Shown one piece after another: positions 1 to 12,637 of a stretch of 34,752 nucleotides of DNA. The notes beneath the pieces were generated by a model. The model did not search any database. It was not told where the DNA came from and worked only from the letters and a program-made list of their open reading frames with translations. The position numbers were made by a program, and so were the translations under genes. Origin of the DNA: Octopus sinensis (lineage: Eukaryota); the NCBI RefSeq assembly GCF_006345805.1, contig NW_021831692.1, positions 1 through 34,752 on the forward strand, read 5' to 3'. How positions within the stretch are numbered: position 1 is the first letter of the stretch; each line of letters starts with the position of its first letter.

Positions 1-372
1 TTCACGATCAAATCAATTAAATTTGTGGTATTCAATGTTAGTGACAATATTTTTTTGTTTAAATCTTCGTCTTGAACTGCTAAATGACGGGTTCATTTTG
101 ACATCGATTATTTCATCTTGGTCTACTCTCAGATTGTGTCAGTTTGAGTCGTTCATCTTATCTAGAGGCGTTCAATACTAGTCATTTTTATGCAGGTTCA
201 AACTATCGTCTTGCGGAGGATTAACTTCGACATTGTCCAAATTATGTTGTGTTGATCAAAATTCAAACCAGTATGGCATCGTCGCCTGCGTTCCGGCGTC
301 GACACGTTGAGGGCAGCGAGTGGTGAAAGAAGGGTGACCATCATTCCTACAATGGTTCTCAGTGACTATAAA

Positions 373-691
373 GCGGTTACGACGACGGGGGTTCCAACTG
401 ATCCGATCAACGGAAAAGACAGATCGCGAAATTAACGCGCAAGTGGCTGAGTACTCCACAGACACGCGTATCCTTAACTTGGTTCTCAGGGAGAATCAGA
501 ATAACATGACACGGAATATGACAAGATTGGCCACTTCAAAATAGTGTTACCACTAATTTTTGCCAGATAAGTTAACCGGGACAGCATGAAATAAAGTATC
601 TTGGTTAAGGATGCAACAACCCACCTAGAATCGAACTCACAACATAACGATCGTAAGTCAAATATCTTAACCACTTAACCACGCCCCTTCC
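373..691 (-). mobile_element. tRNA-headed SINE, family C (near full length)
   Basis: The minus strand starts with a tRNA-like head: A-box-like TGGTTAAGTGG and B-box GTTCGATTC. Its 3' part (373-545) aligns with 15825-15990 on the + strand (…tcagccacttgc…ttccgttgatcg…tggaacccYcgtcgtc). Confidence 0.8.
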
Positions 692-1104
692 CTGAAATAT
701 CGTTTGCTTTTATAACGCGTGTAGCCATCTTCTTTTTCTTGGCTTTTGTTCAGAAAAAGCAATCAGTCTCTCATTCTCCAAATATATCGAAATAACCATT
801 AAATAATAAATGAATGCATAAACGCATAAAGAAATAGAATCCACATCTAATATACCAAGGATTTTTCAAAAATGTTGAAAATAAATACTAGCATCCAATA
901 GAAATCCTAAAATGTTAACCCTCCCCGCATCACCACCACAAAGAAAGAAAAAAGTGCACAAAGGATTAAAAAACATTGCAACTAATTTCGTTTCGTTTCA
1001 TTTCAGCTTATTTTAGAAATTTAAATGTACCCTTAAAATTGCTATAGAATTGGTTGGGAGAAAAATTTTAATACGTTATTAGATGCGCGATAATAAAAAT
1101 GAAT

Positions 1105-1322
1105 CCGAAGCGTGTGTGCGTTTGTGTGTGAGAGTGTGCAATGTATGGATGTGTGTGTGTGTGCATGTATATGTTCATACGCGCACTCACACATAGTATA
1201 TATATATATTATATATATATATAGATATATATATATATATATATATACATACATAATGCATATATCATAAACAGGAAATACGATACATTGTAAAATGATA
1301 CAAACTCATATGGACCCGCATT

Positions 1323-1365
<43 letters not shown>

Positions 1366-1761
1366 TATCTGTGTCTGTATGGATATATTTATATGAATGT
1401 TGTGAAAATTTATAAATATTAAAGCTATATAAATATATATATTATATACATACATACGATATATACGTATATATATAAACACAAAGACATATATATATAT
1501 TATATATATAAACATATGTATATATGTATAGATATATATATTAATATACAGACAATGGTGTATATGGTATATACACAGAGATATATATGTATGTATATGC
1601 ATGTATGTTTGTATCTATGTATGTATATGCATATATATGTATTTCTCTCTCTATTGTCGTACACACACTAACACATACACATACACACACACACTCACAT
1701 ACACACACACATATATTTATATATATATGTATGTATATATATCTATCTATCTATCTATCTA

Positions 1762-1802
<41 letters not shown>

Positions 1803-1900
1803 GAAGATGCACTAGTGTGCGAATGAGTATGTATTTATATCATATTCACCTTATGAATGTATCTATATTGCTATATATTAGTATATATATATATATATAT
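1105..1900. repeat. Compound microsatellite (TG/TA/CA/TATC)
   Basis: Dinucleotide and tetranucleotide runs seen directly. Confidence 0.95.
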
Positions 1901-2089
1901 ATGTATACGCGCCAGTTTATTCGATATAATTCTTGTTTCGCTGAAAATTTTTCGCAATAGAAATTAACAGAGGAAGTAATATGAGATTAAAGTAATTTTT
2001 AAGTGAAATTCTATAGAAACACATGTATTGATGTGTTTGATAGATTGACGATAAAAATGTCAATGATAAATCACTTTTGACACATTCAA

Positions 2090-2488
2090 TCACTCAAACA
2101 CACATACACACACACATATACATACATATATATATATATATATGTATGTATGTATTTATGTATGTATGTACGTATGTGTGTGTGTATATATAAAAATATG
2201 CGTATACTTTTTAATGGTAATGTATGGTCATACATGAATATATATGTATGTGCACATAAATATGAATATATATATATAAATAGATGTAAGTCTATACAGA
2301 TATATATACGCATATATACACACACATATATATAAATATATATATATATATATACGTATATATATACATATATATACATTTGTATATTGTATACATATGT
2401 ATGGGTATGTATATATATATGTGTATATATACACGTATATATATATATATATTCATTTGTATATTGTATATATATGTATGTGCATGTA

Positions 2489-2533
<45 letters not shown>

Positions 2534-2820
2534 CTGTGTGTGTGTGTATGCGTCAATTCATAAGAGTATAACATAAATTATTTCATGTGTGTCTATGTAT
2601 ATCTGTATATGTGTAAAAATTAAAAAATATAGAAATGAAGTGAGTGTTGTCTATATAAATGTGTACCCGTATTTACACACACACCCACCCACATACATAC
2701 ACAAACATAGTATAGATATATGGATGCGCGGATGCACTCTCACACACACACATGATATATACGCGGGTGCGCGGATGCACTCACGCACATACACACATAC
2801 ACATATACTTGCATATGCAT
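2090..2820. repeat. Compound microsatellite (CA/TA/TATG/TG)
   Basis: Seen directly. Confidence 0.95.
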
Positions 2821-3072
2821 CTACATCGTAGAAGCTTTATATTTAAAGACTGATTGTGTTCATGGCATTTGACATTTGTACTGCTGTTAGAGAAATAAAG
2901 GGTATCACGTTTCCGTTTTTCCAAACGATATAAGAGAAGGGATGACAAAGAGATATTCCATTTGACTCTTAAACATCTACGTCTGCATGGAAACGTATTC
3001 CCGCTTCTGTTCTGATGTTTCTTCGCTCTTGACCGATTATCATCAATGAGAAACTCCGAGTAACATGTACTT

Positions 3073-3195
3073 ATTTATCTTTTATCTTTTACTCGCCTCA
3101 GTCATTAGGCTGCGGCCATGCTGGAGCACAGCCTTGAAGAATTGTCAGTCAAATGAATCAATCCTACTACTTCTTATTTTAAAACCTGGTGCTTA
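3073..3195 (-). mobile_element. SINE family A, 3' fragment
   Basis: cagtcattaggctgcggccatgctggagcac is the reverse complement of the family A tail seen at 3920-3960. Confidence 0.65.
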
Positions 3196-3566
3196 AAAAT
3201 ACACCACAATTGTTTCGACGCGTTTTTACACGTATCGTATATTGGTGAGATGATATAATTTGGACGAACTTTGCATAACATACTACAATGGATTTGTCCA
3301 AACCTCATTCTACTATACAATCACATACAAACAAACCCACACTCACACATACACACACATATATGCATACACTCACACATCTAAATATATAACGTAAATA
3401 TATATACATTTTCGCTCGCATAATATGTAGATGGAATCCAGATTACCTCTCTGTTACTCTTCCACTCTCACTCTGTCTGTCTGTCTGTCTATATATTAGC
3501 TCAGAGGAGAAGATCCCCAAATATACTAATATATATTCTAATTTGAGCCAAAAGTCAGCAGACGTA

Positions 3567-3978
3567 GGAGCGGCTGTGTGGTAAGTAGCTTGCTTACCAA
3601 CCACATGGTTCCGGGTTCAGTCCCACTGCGTGGCACCTTCGGCAAATGTTTTCTACTATAGCCTCGGGCCGACCAAAGACTTGTGAGTGGATTTGGTAGA
3701 CGGAAACTAAAAGAAGCCCGTCGTATATATTCATATATATATATATGTATGTGTGTGTGTGTCCCCGTTTGTATGTCTGTGTTTGTCCCCCAACATCGCT
3801 TGACAAGAGATGGTGGTATGTTTACGTCCTCGTAACTTAGCGGTTCGGCAAAAAACACCAATAGAATAAGTACTAGGCTTACAAAGAATAAGTCCTGGTG
3901 TCGATTTGCTCGACTAAAGGTGGTGCTCCAGCATGGCCACAGTCAAATGACTGAAAGAAGTAAAAAAGTAAAAGAGTA
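3567..3978 (+). mobile_element. tRNA-headed SINE, family A (full length, internal TA/TG microsatellite)
   Basis: Head ggagcggctgtgtggtaag…ggttccgggttcagtccc (A/B-box-like), then a CORE-like gcaccttcggcaaatg motif, an internal microsatellite and the tail gtgctccagcatggccacagtcaaatgactgaaa + (aaagagta). Homologues at 6883, 10498, 16888, 26671. Confidence 0.9.
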
Positions 3979-4281
3979 ATGAACGTCAACCGGCACACAG
4001 GAGCATATGGTCAACAGCATTACATGGCGCCTTTCATTACGATAATGTCGTTACTAACAGAAGACAACAGTAAATAATTGATGAAGGGACTGGAAACCAG
4101 GAGTGTCTACGTCACATGAATTATTGCAGAAAACCACCTTCAGACACCGTACAGAAATATAGACATTACTATTGCTATACATGTACACAGTATAGCTTAG
4201 AAAGCATGCTGTATTGTTTGATTTGGTTTTTTCTCGTATGTAAATTACTCCCCTTTGTTTTTACGTTTATATGTATGTATG

Positions 4282-4339
<58 letters not shown>

Positions 4340-4344
<5 letters not shown>

Positions 4345-4550
4345 TAATCCAAACAAGAAAGCACAAAAAAAACACAACAACGCGAGGACGTGGAACAAAT
4401 ATAGTATTATTGGACGCTCAGGAAAGAAGGAAAGAAGGAGGGTTTAACGTTTCGAGCGGAGCTCTTCGTCGGAAACATAGGAGAATGAAAGATCCAGAGA
4501 AGGGAAGACAGAGGGAAAAAATCGCCAACGGTACACACGCGGTCACATTT
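4340..4550 (-). mobile_element. Interspersed repeat, probable Penelope-like element remnant
   Basis: Complex sequence bounded by (TA)n on both sides and carrying a minimal hammerhead-like motif on the minus strand. Family assignment is inferred from the motif. Confidence 0.5.
4441..4476 (-). ncRNA. Minimal type I hammerhead-ribozyme-like motif (core U4->C)
   Basis: Minus strand reads gttt|ccgacga|a|gagc tcc gctc|gaaa|cg|tt|aaac. Stem I gttt/aaac and stem II gagc/gctc pair, and palindromic AACGTT replaces stem III. Confidence 0.55.
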
Positions 4551-4553
4551 TGA

Positions 4554-4595
<42 letters not shown>

Positions 4596-4680
4596 ACTTT
4601 TTGCGTAAGGCTGTATAGATATTAGAGCATTTATATATAGAAGGTCTTACAGCTGTTTCAAGAATATTAATTAATAATAT

Positions 4681-4755
4681 TACTCTTTACTCTTTTACTC
4701 TTTTACTTGTTTCAGTCATCTGACTGCGGCCATGCTGGAGCACCGCCTTTAGTCG
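4681..4755 (-). mobile_element. SINE family A, 3' end fragment
   Basis: (tactcttt)n-cttgtttcagtcatctgactgcggccatgctggagcaccgcctttagtcg is the reverse complement of the family A tail. Confidence 0.8.
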
Positions 4756-4924
4756 TAAAGGGGCTTCAAACGTCTATAGCAAGAATATTGCCAACTTTGA
4801 TAATACCAGTAAAACGTCTAGGAATTTCATCAATATTGAATCTGTACTATAATTTTCTGGTGTATATTCCATTATATATTTTATCTGGTTCCTTAGTGGT
4901 TGTGAGAGTAGGTGTATTCATTTA

Positions 4925-4925
4925 G

Positions 4926-4979
<54 letters not shown>

Positions 4980-5000
4980 GATTTATACATATATAATATG

Positions 5001-5045
<45 letters not shown>

Positions 5046-5319
5046 CATATATATATAGACACTTCAGATGTACAGAAATCAAAAGACAGTTGAAAGAACA
5101 ACAGGCAGTGCACTAGATTGACTCGGAAAGAATGGAAGTCTTTGATGTTTAAAGCCTATATATATATGTATATATATATATATATATATACACACTCACA
5201 TATATATGTATGTGTTTATGTTTATGTGTGTGTATATATATATATGTGTGTGTGTTTATATATGTATATATATATGTGTGTGTAAATATACTTATATATA
5301 TACACACACACACACACAC

Positions 5320-5363
<44 letters not shown>

Positions 5364-5450
5364 CAAACATTGCTTCTATATATTTATATATTTATATACA
5401 TAGATATATGCAGGCATATAAATATGTTTATGTGTGTGTGTGTGTGTGCA
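4925..5450. repeat. Compound (TA)/(CA)/(TG) microsatellite
   Basis: Seen directly. Confidence 0.95.
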
Positions 5451-5579
5451 TTCTTGCTTTGGGCCTCCCTACCAGGCTAGAGCGTAAACATGTCTGTCTC
5501 TGGCAAAAGTCAACGATCCAATGTTCATTGCCGAACCACTAGTTCTCACCCAAACGGCCGTCGTCCCTACCATCGCTGC

Positions 5580-5592
5580 AACCACCACCACC

Positions 5593-5626
<34 letters not shown>

Positions 5627-5824
5627 TTTTTCGTGGTGTTATTGTTATTGTTTTGTTTTCTTTTCTGCTTTTCTTCATTCTGTAGCAAGCTTTCTTTCTT
5701 GTCATTGCTGAATTTTCTTTTGTTTTTTTTTGTGGTTTTGGCTTCTTTATTCCACTTTTTGTAGTTACGCAGTTGGTGTTCCCTGGCTGTTTTCGGGCAC
5801 TCGGCAAGGATAGTAATAATAATA

Positions 5825-5874
<50 letters not shown>

Positions 5875-5894
5875 GTAACAATGATAATAATAAT

Positions 5895-5948
<54 letters not shown>

Positions 5949-6273
5949 GATAATGATAATAATGATAACAATAATAATGATAACAATAATAATAATGATA
6001 ATAATAACAATAATATTAATAACAACAACAACAACAACAAAAATAATAATAATAATAATCGCAACGACAACAAACGAACGATAGCAACAACTACAACAGA
6101 AACAATAACAAATATTATGAGAAGAGGACGAAGAAGACAAAAAAGAAGAAAAACAAAGAGAAGGAAGAGAAGAAGAAGAAGAAGGATGAGGAGAAGAAGA
6201 AGAAGAAGAAGAAGAAGAGAAGAAGAAAACTAGAAGAATGTTAATAATAACAATATGAATATCAACATAGATG

Positions 6274-6340
<67 letters not shown>

Positions 6341-6360
6341 TGATGATGATAACAACACAC
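5580..6360. repeat. Compound trinucleotide array (CAC, CAT, AAT, AAC, GAA)
   Basis: Seen directly; explains the 303-aa poly-Ile/Ser ORF. Confidence 0.95.
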
Positions 6361-6514
6361 AACATTGGTAATGGTGACAAACGTATTAAAGAATATAAAA
6401 TAAGTTAAAACCCTGTGAGGCATCCACAGTTGTTTTCTTGCTTTCAATGTCACGATGTCAGATTTGGAAAATAGTTTATCAGAATTGTCCAGATTTTCCT
6501 TTTCCTTTTTATGT

Positions 6515-6635
6515 ATATGCACACACACACACACACACACACACCACACACACACACACGCATATGTGTATATGTATGCATATATGTAAATATATATATA
6601 TGTATATGTATATGTACATGTATAAATATATAAAT

Positions 6636-6666
<31 letters not shown>

Positions 6667-6710
6667 GTATGTATGTATGTACGTATGTATATAAATGTAT
6701 GAATATACGT
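6515..6710. repeat. (CA)/(TA)/(TATG) microsatellite
   Basis: Seen directly. Confidence 0.9.
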
Positions 6711-6882
6711 GAGGATAACACTGTGGCTTTGTAAGACAGCTTTAAGTCGAATATGAGTAAGAAAGAAAGACTTTAAGTATTGGATAAACTTAGATAAAAT
6801 GAGAGAAAATTCCGACGTTTTAAGATATCATGAATAAAGTATGATGTGGTAAGAAAATATGAGATACGTGAACATAAGCAAA

Positions 6883-7091
6883 GGAGTGGCGGTGTGGTAA
6901 GTAGCTTACTTACGAACTACATGGTTCCGAGTTCGGTCCCACTGCGGTGGCACCTTGGGCAAGTGTTTCTACTATAGCCTCGGGCCAACCAAACCCTTGT
7001 GAGTGGATTTGGTAGATGGAAACAGAAAGAAGCCCGTCGTATGTATTTATATATATATATTTGTGTGCCTGTGTTTGTGCCCCCAATATCA
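6883..7091 (+). mobile_element. SINE family A, 5' half
   Basis: Aligns with 3567-3800. Confidence 0.85.
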
Positions 7092-7226
7092 CTTTACTCG
7101 AGCAACTCAACCCCAGGACTTATTCTTTGTAAGCCGAATACTTATTCTAACGGTTTTGTTCGGCTGAAGGTTTTAGTAAAAGACACTTGCCCAAGGTTCC
7201 ACGTGTTGGGACTGAACCTGGAACCT
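7092..7226 (-). mobile_element. SINE family A, internally deleted inverted copy
   Basis: Minus strand reads the head (ggttccaggttcagtccc…ccttgggcaagtgtc) joined at gccgaacaaaacc directly to the 3' module (gttagaataag…gaataagtcctgggg). Confidence 0.75.
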
Positions 7227-7289
7227 TGACACCCACACACATACACACACCACACACACTTACATACACGCATGTGCATCGGGATTCTT

Positions 7290-7397
7290 TCAGTTTCCAT
7301 CTACCAAATCCACCCACAAGGTTTTGTTCGGCCCAAGGTTGTAATAAAAGACACTTGCCCAAGGTTCCACATGTTGGGACTGAACCTGGAACCATGA
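7290..7397 (-). mobile_element. SINE family A head, second inverted copy (local ~170-bp duplication with 7153-7290)
   Basis: ggttttgttcggc…aaaagacacttgcccaaggttccac.tgttgggactgaacctggaacc occurs at ~7153 and ~7321, each followed by CA-rich sequence and gcatgtgc.tcgggatt. Confidence 0.8.
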
Positions 7398-7699
7398 CAC
7401 ACACACATACACACATCACACACACATACATAAAGGCATGTGCGTCGGGATTCCGATAGTCTAAAGTATATAGTGAATCTGGAACCATGACGCTGGAAAC
7501 CACCCCCGTGATACTTAACTGCTATTTCTAGGGGGTTGGAGGACGCTCCAATGAGGTTCCTTCAAAGGCCATTAGTGACAACTGTTGTTATTTTTGTTTA
7601 TACTTCTTGCGGTTCTAATTGAGTGGATGATCTATAAATCAAAGCATATAAACCAAGACTTTTCTATTTTTATTCTCGGTCTATGTACTTTAGACTATC

Positions 7700-8107
7700 G
7701 GATCTTTTCGGTTTGACCGGCAGTTTTTTAAAATAATTTCCACGAAACTAAACACTTTTAAACTTCGTATACTTGTAGAATGTGTTTATAAAACATCTTT
7801 TTCTCTTGGCTTTATTGAGAAAATTCTATAGTTTGTAAGATATTTGTTGTTGTTTTTCTTCAATTTTGTAATTTCAACCAATTAATAACGTCTGTGCCGT
7901 ATGAATATGTACCTCGTTTAAGAAACAGATTGAGTTTATTTACATTTCTGAAGAAAAAAAGATTCCCTTCCCCCACCCCCAACCCTAACTCTAACCCTAA
8001 CCCGAAAACAGATTGAAATGCAATAGATCGATACTAGGGTCATAATTATGGTTGACAATTTCATATGACACCGCTAAAAAAATTTGCCGTTCAAACCGAA
8101 AAGATCC
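7700..8107. mobile_element. MITE-like non-autonomous DNA element, 23-bp TIRs, internal (AACCCT)-like tract
   Basis: TIRs ggatcttttcggtttgaccggca / tgccgttcaaaccgaaaagatcc (1 mismatch). The whole element is repeated at 32829-33251. Telomere-like tract at ~7980-8003. Confidence 0.85.
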
Positions 8108-9589
8108 CGTTTATCTTATCCAATTTTTCCTTTCCTTTTTAAGATAATACTGTGTAACATGGTGATGGCTTCGGTATTATTTGCGTCGCAAGGATAAAAG
8201 CTAAACAGCATTTTGGTAGAATTTTTAGAAATTACGATCTTTAAGTAAAAGAGTTAAATACATTAATGGCTCTTAATCCGGTGATCAAAGTCCTTCACGC
8301 TCGGTGCCTTCGTTTAGCAAGAATAAAATATAAATAAAACATATAAATAACAAATGTACAATAAAAATAAAGTTTAAATAAAAATATAAAGAGGTAAAAA
8401 TAATAAAATTCAAATACTAAAATATATAAAACAAAAAAACGAAAATAACAAAAAATAATTGAAATAAATAAAATAGTTCGAAAAATATTCCCAAAGTTAG
8501 AACTTAATCAAAATTCAAGAATTTGGCATCGCTTCTTGAACGTCATTTAAAATAAAATCGTTTATTTCTTAATTCTTCTTCCCCAAGTTTCGTTACCTAG
8601 GTTAAGACGGGTATTCAGATATTTTTTTTCCTCTTTAGGTATTTCAAGCCATTAGTGGAAACGCTTGTTACTCGGTTCCGTTATTTATTTTTTGTTGTTG
8701 TTTTGAATATTTACTTAGAACACAAGTTTATCCCCTCAATTCCCAATACATAATTATTTTTGTGTTTTATGGTGGCTGTTTATATCATTTTCTTTCTTTT
8801 GTATTTTGCTGTTTTCATTTTCTTTTAACTGTTTTTTTTTGTTTCGTTCATCTAACAAACACCTCTCAGATTATTTGATGCCAATTAACTTCTGTGGTCT
8901 CTCATAAATTAGTTATTTTCTTTTCAGATCAACCGTAATATTTTTTGCTCCCCCACCACACCACTCACACAAAAAAAATCACCATTTCATTTATTTATTT
9001 ATATATTTATTTATTAGTTTGCTGATAGAATTTATAATATTCTTTTATTCAATTATTTTTTACAATATTTCTTTTATTTAGATTTGAAAATGTTTCATAA
9101 ATTAAGCAAAAATCATTATCAAAAGTTTATGATTCAATCGGTTTGGCATGAAAATACCAAATGAATTTCAATTAAAAACACTAACAAACAAAAAAACACA
9201 ATCAAAATTATTTGAAAAGAAAAAGAAAATACAAATTTATAATATTTTTATTTATTTATTTAGTTAACTGAACGTTTGATAGAATTATTTAACATAATCG
9301 AACTATTTTTTATACAATTCTTGAATCTTTTGGAATTCATTATTTTCCTGCTTCGTATCACATAATTCAATCAAGCGACAGAGCAAGCGATATGTTTGAA
9401 TATTCATATTGCTATTAAAGATATCGTGTATGCTGGCTGACCTGCATCAAAGTAGTGGTCGTAAGATCGAAGGTTCGAATCCATTATACGTTAGTGACGC
9501 GATGTTTTTTACACATGACCGACACCTAAAATAAACACAGAACCGTTAGTGTGGTAGCTACTGTGTAATATTTAGTTGCGTGATCTTAC

Positions 9590-9637
9590 AGACATAGCAG
9601 GCAATTCTTCCTCAAGTCTCACGCCACCTTCTTCAAT
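9590..9637 (-). CDS. Weak candidate internal exon (48 nt, phase 0/0; IEEGGVRLEEELPAMS)
   Basis: Minus strand …tatgtccag|ATTGAAG…ATGTCT|gtaaga; only one frame is open. No recognised homology; may be chance. Confidence 0.15.
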
Positions 9638-9773
9638 CTGGACATATAGAGCGCGGTTCGGGATTTTTATGGGAAAGAAAAAACAAACAAACAAACAAAC
9701 AAACTGGATGATCATTTTTGGATGACCACACGCACGCACACACAAACACACACACATATACACTTTTAATGAG

Positions 9774-10148
9774 GAGCAAATAATTAGGGAGAAAGATATT
9801 TGAGAAGATATTATTAACTCTAATATTATCTAAGGTAACTATTAGATCGATAATAACAGTATCAATAATATAAAAGGCATTAAATAGCTGAAGGATTTCT
9901 GCAGTTATTATCATTGATCTTTTTCAGCGATTTAAATAAGAGTTTTGACTCTGATTTCCAGCAGGTAAACATACTTAATATGTCCTTTGATTAATATAAA
10001 TTTTAATCCTTCAGATATTTAATACTTTTGGAGCCAGGGCTGCAATCGCCTATATTATTGATTCTGTTATTATCAATTTAATTGTTACACTAGATAATAA
10101 TAGAGTCAATAATATTTTCGCAAATATTTTCTCCTGAATTATTAGCTC
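9774..10148. repeat. Diverged fold-back element (~120-bp inverted arms)
   Basis: 9782-9881 is the reverse complement of 10044-10140 (aatt.gg.gaaa.atatttg.gaa.atattatt.actcta.tattatcta…gataataacag.atcaataatat). The inner arm aaatagctgaaggatt pairs with aatccttcagatattt. Confidence 0.75.
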
Positions 10149-10497
10149 ATTATTGAAATTATTTTCGCACGGTGACTGCAATGATTTGGCGCAAAGCAAG
10201 GTAGTGCAGCGCAGACTTCAACGCGAAGGATTGGGGATTTTTTCATTGTGGTATCACGTAGTGAGGGAGGTGATGCTATAATGCCAGTCTAAAAACCTGA
10301 CCACGTGAGTCCAAATACTAGAATGCATGTTTAAGGATTGAACCGTTTGCTCGCAGACGGTTGATTTCTGAAGTTAATATCAGAGCTTTTTCTGTCGATT
10401 TAAATAATGGTTTTGACAGTTATTTCCAGCAGGTAGACATACTCAGCATGTCCTTTGAATGATATATATATATATATACATATATACACATACAAAC

Positions 10498-10635
10498 GAC
10501 AGGCTTCTTTCAGTTTCCGTCTAGCAGATCTACTTACAAGGCTATAGCCTGAGGCTATAGCAGGAGACATTTGGTTACGTTGCCACGCACTGAGACTGAA
10601 CCCGGAAGCATGTAGTTGCAAAGCAAGGATCTTAG
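10498..10635 (-). mobile_element. SINE family A, degraded head
   Basis: ggcttctttcagtttccgtct…gccacgcactgagactgaacccggaagcatgt is the reverse complement of the family A head. Confidence 0.7.
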
Positions 10636-10674
10636 ATTTGTATGGACACACGTACACACACGCACACACACGTA

Positions 10675-10724
<50 letters not shown>

Positions 10725-10939
10725 ACGGTATGTTTATGTATTTGTCATTGTATGTGTGACTTACTGGCGACGTACAAATGTAACTGTGAGCGAGTTTGAG
10801 AGTAGTTTTGCCATGGAAATTTATGTTTATCGGAATATATGCATAAACTATATTATTAAATCTATCTACCCTAGTCTTTAATTATCTGTCTATCAGTATA
10901 CCTTGCTATATATCTATATGCGAATAAACATACCAACAC

Positions 10940-10945
10940 ACACTC

Positions 10946-10980
<35 letters not shown>

Positions 10981-11313
10981 TATATACACATACGTATACT
11001 CATAAAAACATACTTATATCTATGAATACCCTTTTATACGTCAAACAATTCGTTGCATATATGTTTACATATGTATATATATATATATGTATATATATGT
11101 GCATATATATTTAGGTATATATATATATATGTATATATACGTAATACATACACACACGCACATAAATACATCACGAACAAAGCACATATTCTTTGATATC
11201 GGAAACAATATACATAACATTTACATTTACATATACACGTATGTATTTGTAAATGTATACATATACATATACTCATCAATGTATGTTTACACACACACAC
11301 ACACACATACACA

Positions 11314-11364
<51 letters not shown>

Positions 11365-11520
11365 CCTCTATATGTACATATTTATATGTATATGCTTGTG
11401 TATACAGGTATATATATATATACAGATATATATGTCTATATATATGTATATATATGTGTGTGTGTCGTTGTGTGTATGTATATATGAATGTGCTAACGTA
11501 TGAATGTATGTTTACGTATT
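10940..11520. repeat. Compound (TA)/(CA)/(TG) microsatellite
   Basis: Seen directly. Confidence 0.9.
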
Positions 11521-12179
11521 CTAAATACACATCTCTCTGCACACACGGCAAGCAACAACACCTTCTGTTTACGCAGTTAAGTGTCGAAGCTGAAATCAAC
11601 AAAGGATTTACAGAAGTATTTTTAATGCGATGTCCGATCTCTTGAGATTACAACTAAAACGAGTTTACTGATATATGAAATTATGAAAGAATGAAAGACA
11701 TCTTAAATTTTCTGCTTATTTCTTTTGTTCTCTTCTTTCTGTCACCTAATTCGCATTCCCCCAACGCCACGGCGCACACTTCTACTTTCGTTTTCATTCT
11801 TCGTGAAATTCACTTCAAGAATTCAACAACAACACTTTTATTTATATTTATACTTATGATTATTGAAAGTTTCATACGTGTAATGCACACACACAAACAC
11901 ACTCACATGAGTGTATGTGTATATATACAATAATATATATATATTATATATATATAATATATATATACATATATATATTATATAGTTTAAGTAATTGAGA
12001 TTCAACTCTGCTCGCAATACCAGTTTGCGCTAAAATTCGAAACGAAAATTTACGGATCGCTCGCGGTTTTTGCACATATATATACATATATATATATGTA
12101 TATACACGCACATAGATACATTGATGGATAGTTGTGTGTATGTGTGTGTATGTGTATGTATATACGTGTATATGGCCAC

Positions 12180-12316
12180 TAAACCTTTGTTTATTTTCTC
12201 TCTCTGTTTATTTCCGTGTTCCAGTTCTGTTGAATAGCGTAGGCTCGAAATGTAAAAGACTTTCTCACTTCCCGAGTGTTATAATAATACATCTGTTTGT
12301 TGTTTACACACCAGTC
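12180..12316 (+). mobile_element. Probable Penelope-like remnant with degenerate hammerhead-like motif (12224-12260)
   Basis: ctgttga-a-tagcgtaggctc-gaaa-tg-ta-aaag followed by actttctcacttcccgag…aatacatctgtttgttgttt, shared with the 17777 and 22966 copies. Confidence 0.55.
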
Positions 12317-12342
12317 TATATATACATATATATATATATATA

Positions 12343-12368
12343 TAATATTATAATATTTGGATATTTAT

Positions 12369-12405
<37 letters not shown>

Positions 12406-12420
12406 TAATATTTGGATATT

Positions 12421-12454
<34 letters not shown>

Positions 12455-12591
12455 ATATTATAATATTTGGATATATATATATATACATATATATATATAA
12501 TATATAATATTATAATATTTGGATATATATATATATACATATATATAATATATATATATATATATATTATATATATAATATTATAATATTT

Positions 12592-12637
<46 letters not shown>

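Noticed and set aside
256-544. Apparent paralogous protein-coding ORFs (RRGFQL.RSTE…QVAE.STDT) here and at 15618-16098
   Set aside because: The similarity is the shared SINE C tail. A tRNA-like head lies at 620-691, there is a 5-nt indel between copies, and both strands look equally conserved.
9450-9490. tRNA gene (ggttcgaatcc B-box)
   Set aside because: No cloverleaf or matching acceptor stem; at most an eroded SINE head.
11577-11615. + strand exon candidates (also 196-310, 16296 onward, 27580-27622)
   Set aside because: Plausible splice sites, but short unrecognised peptides and no consistent gene model; this is expected by chance.
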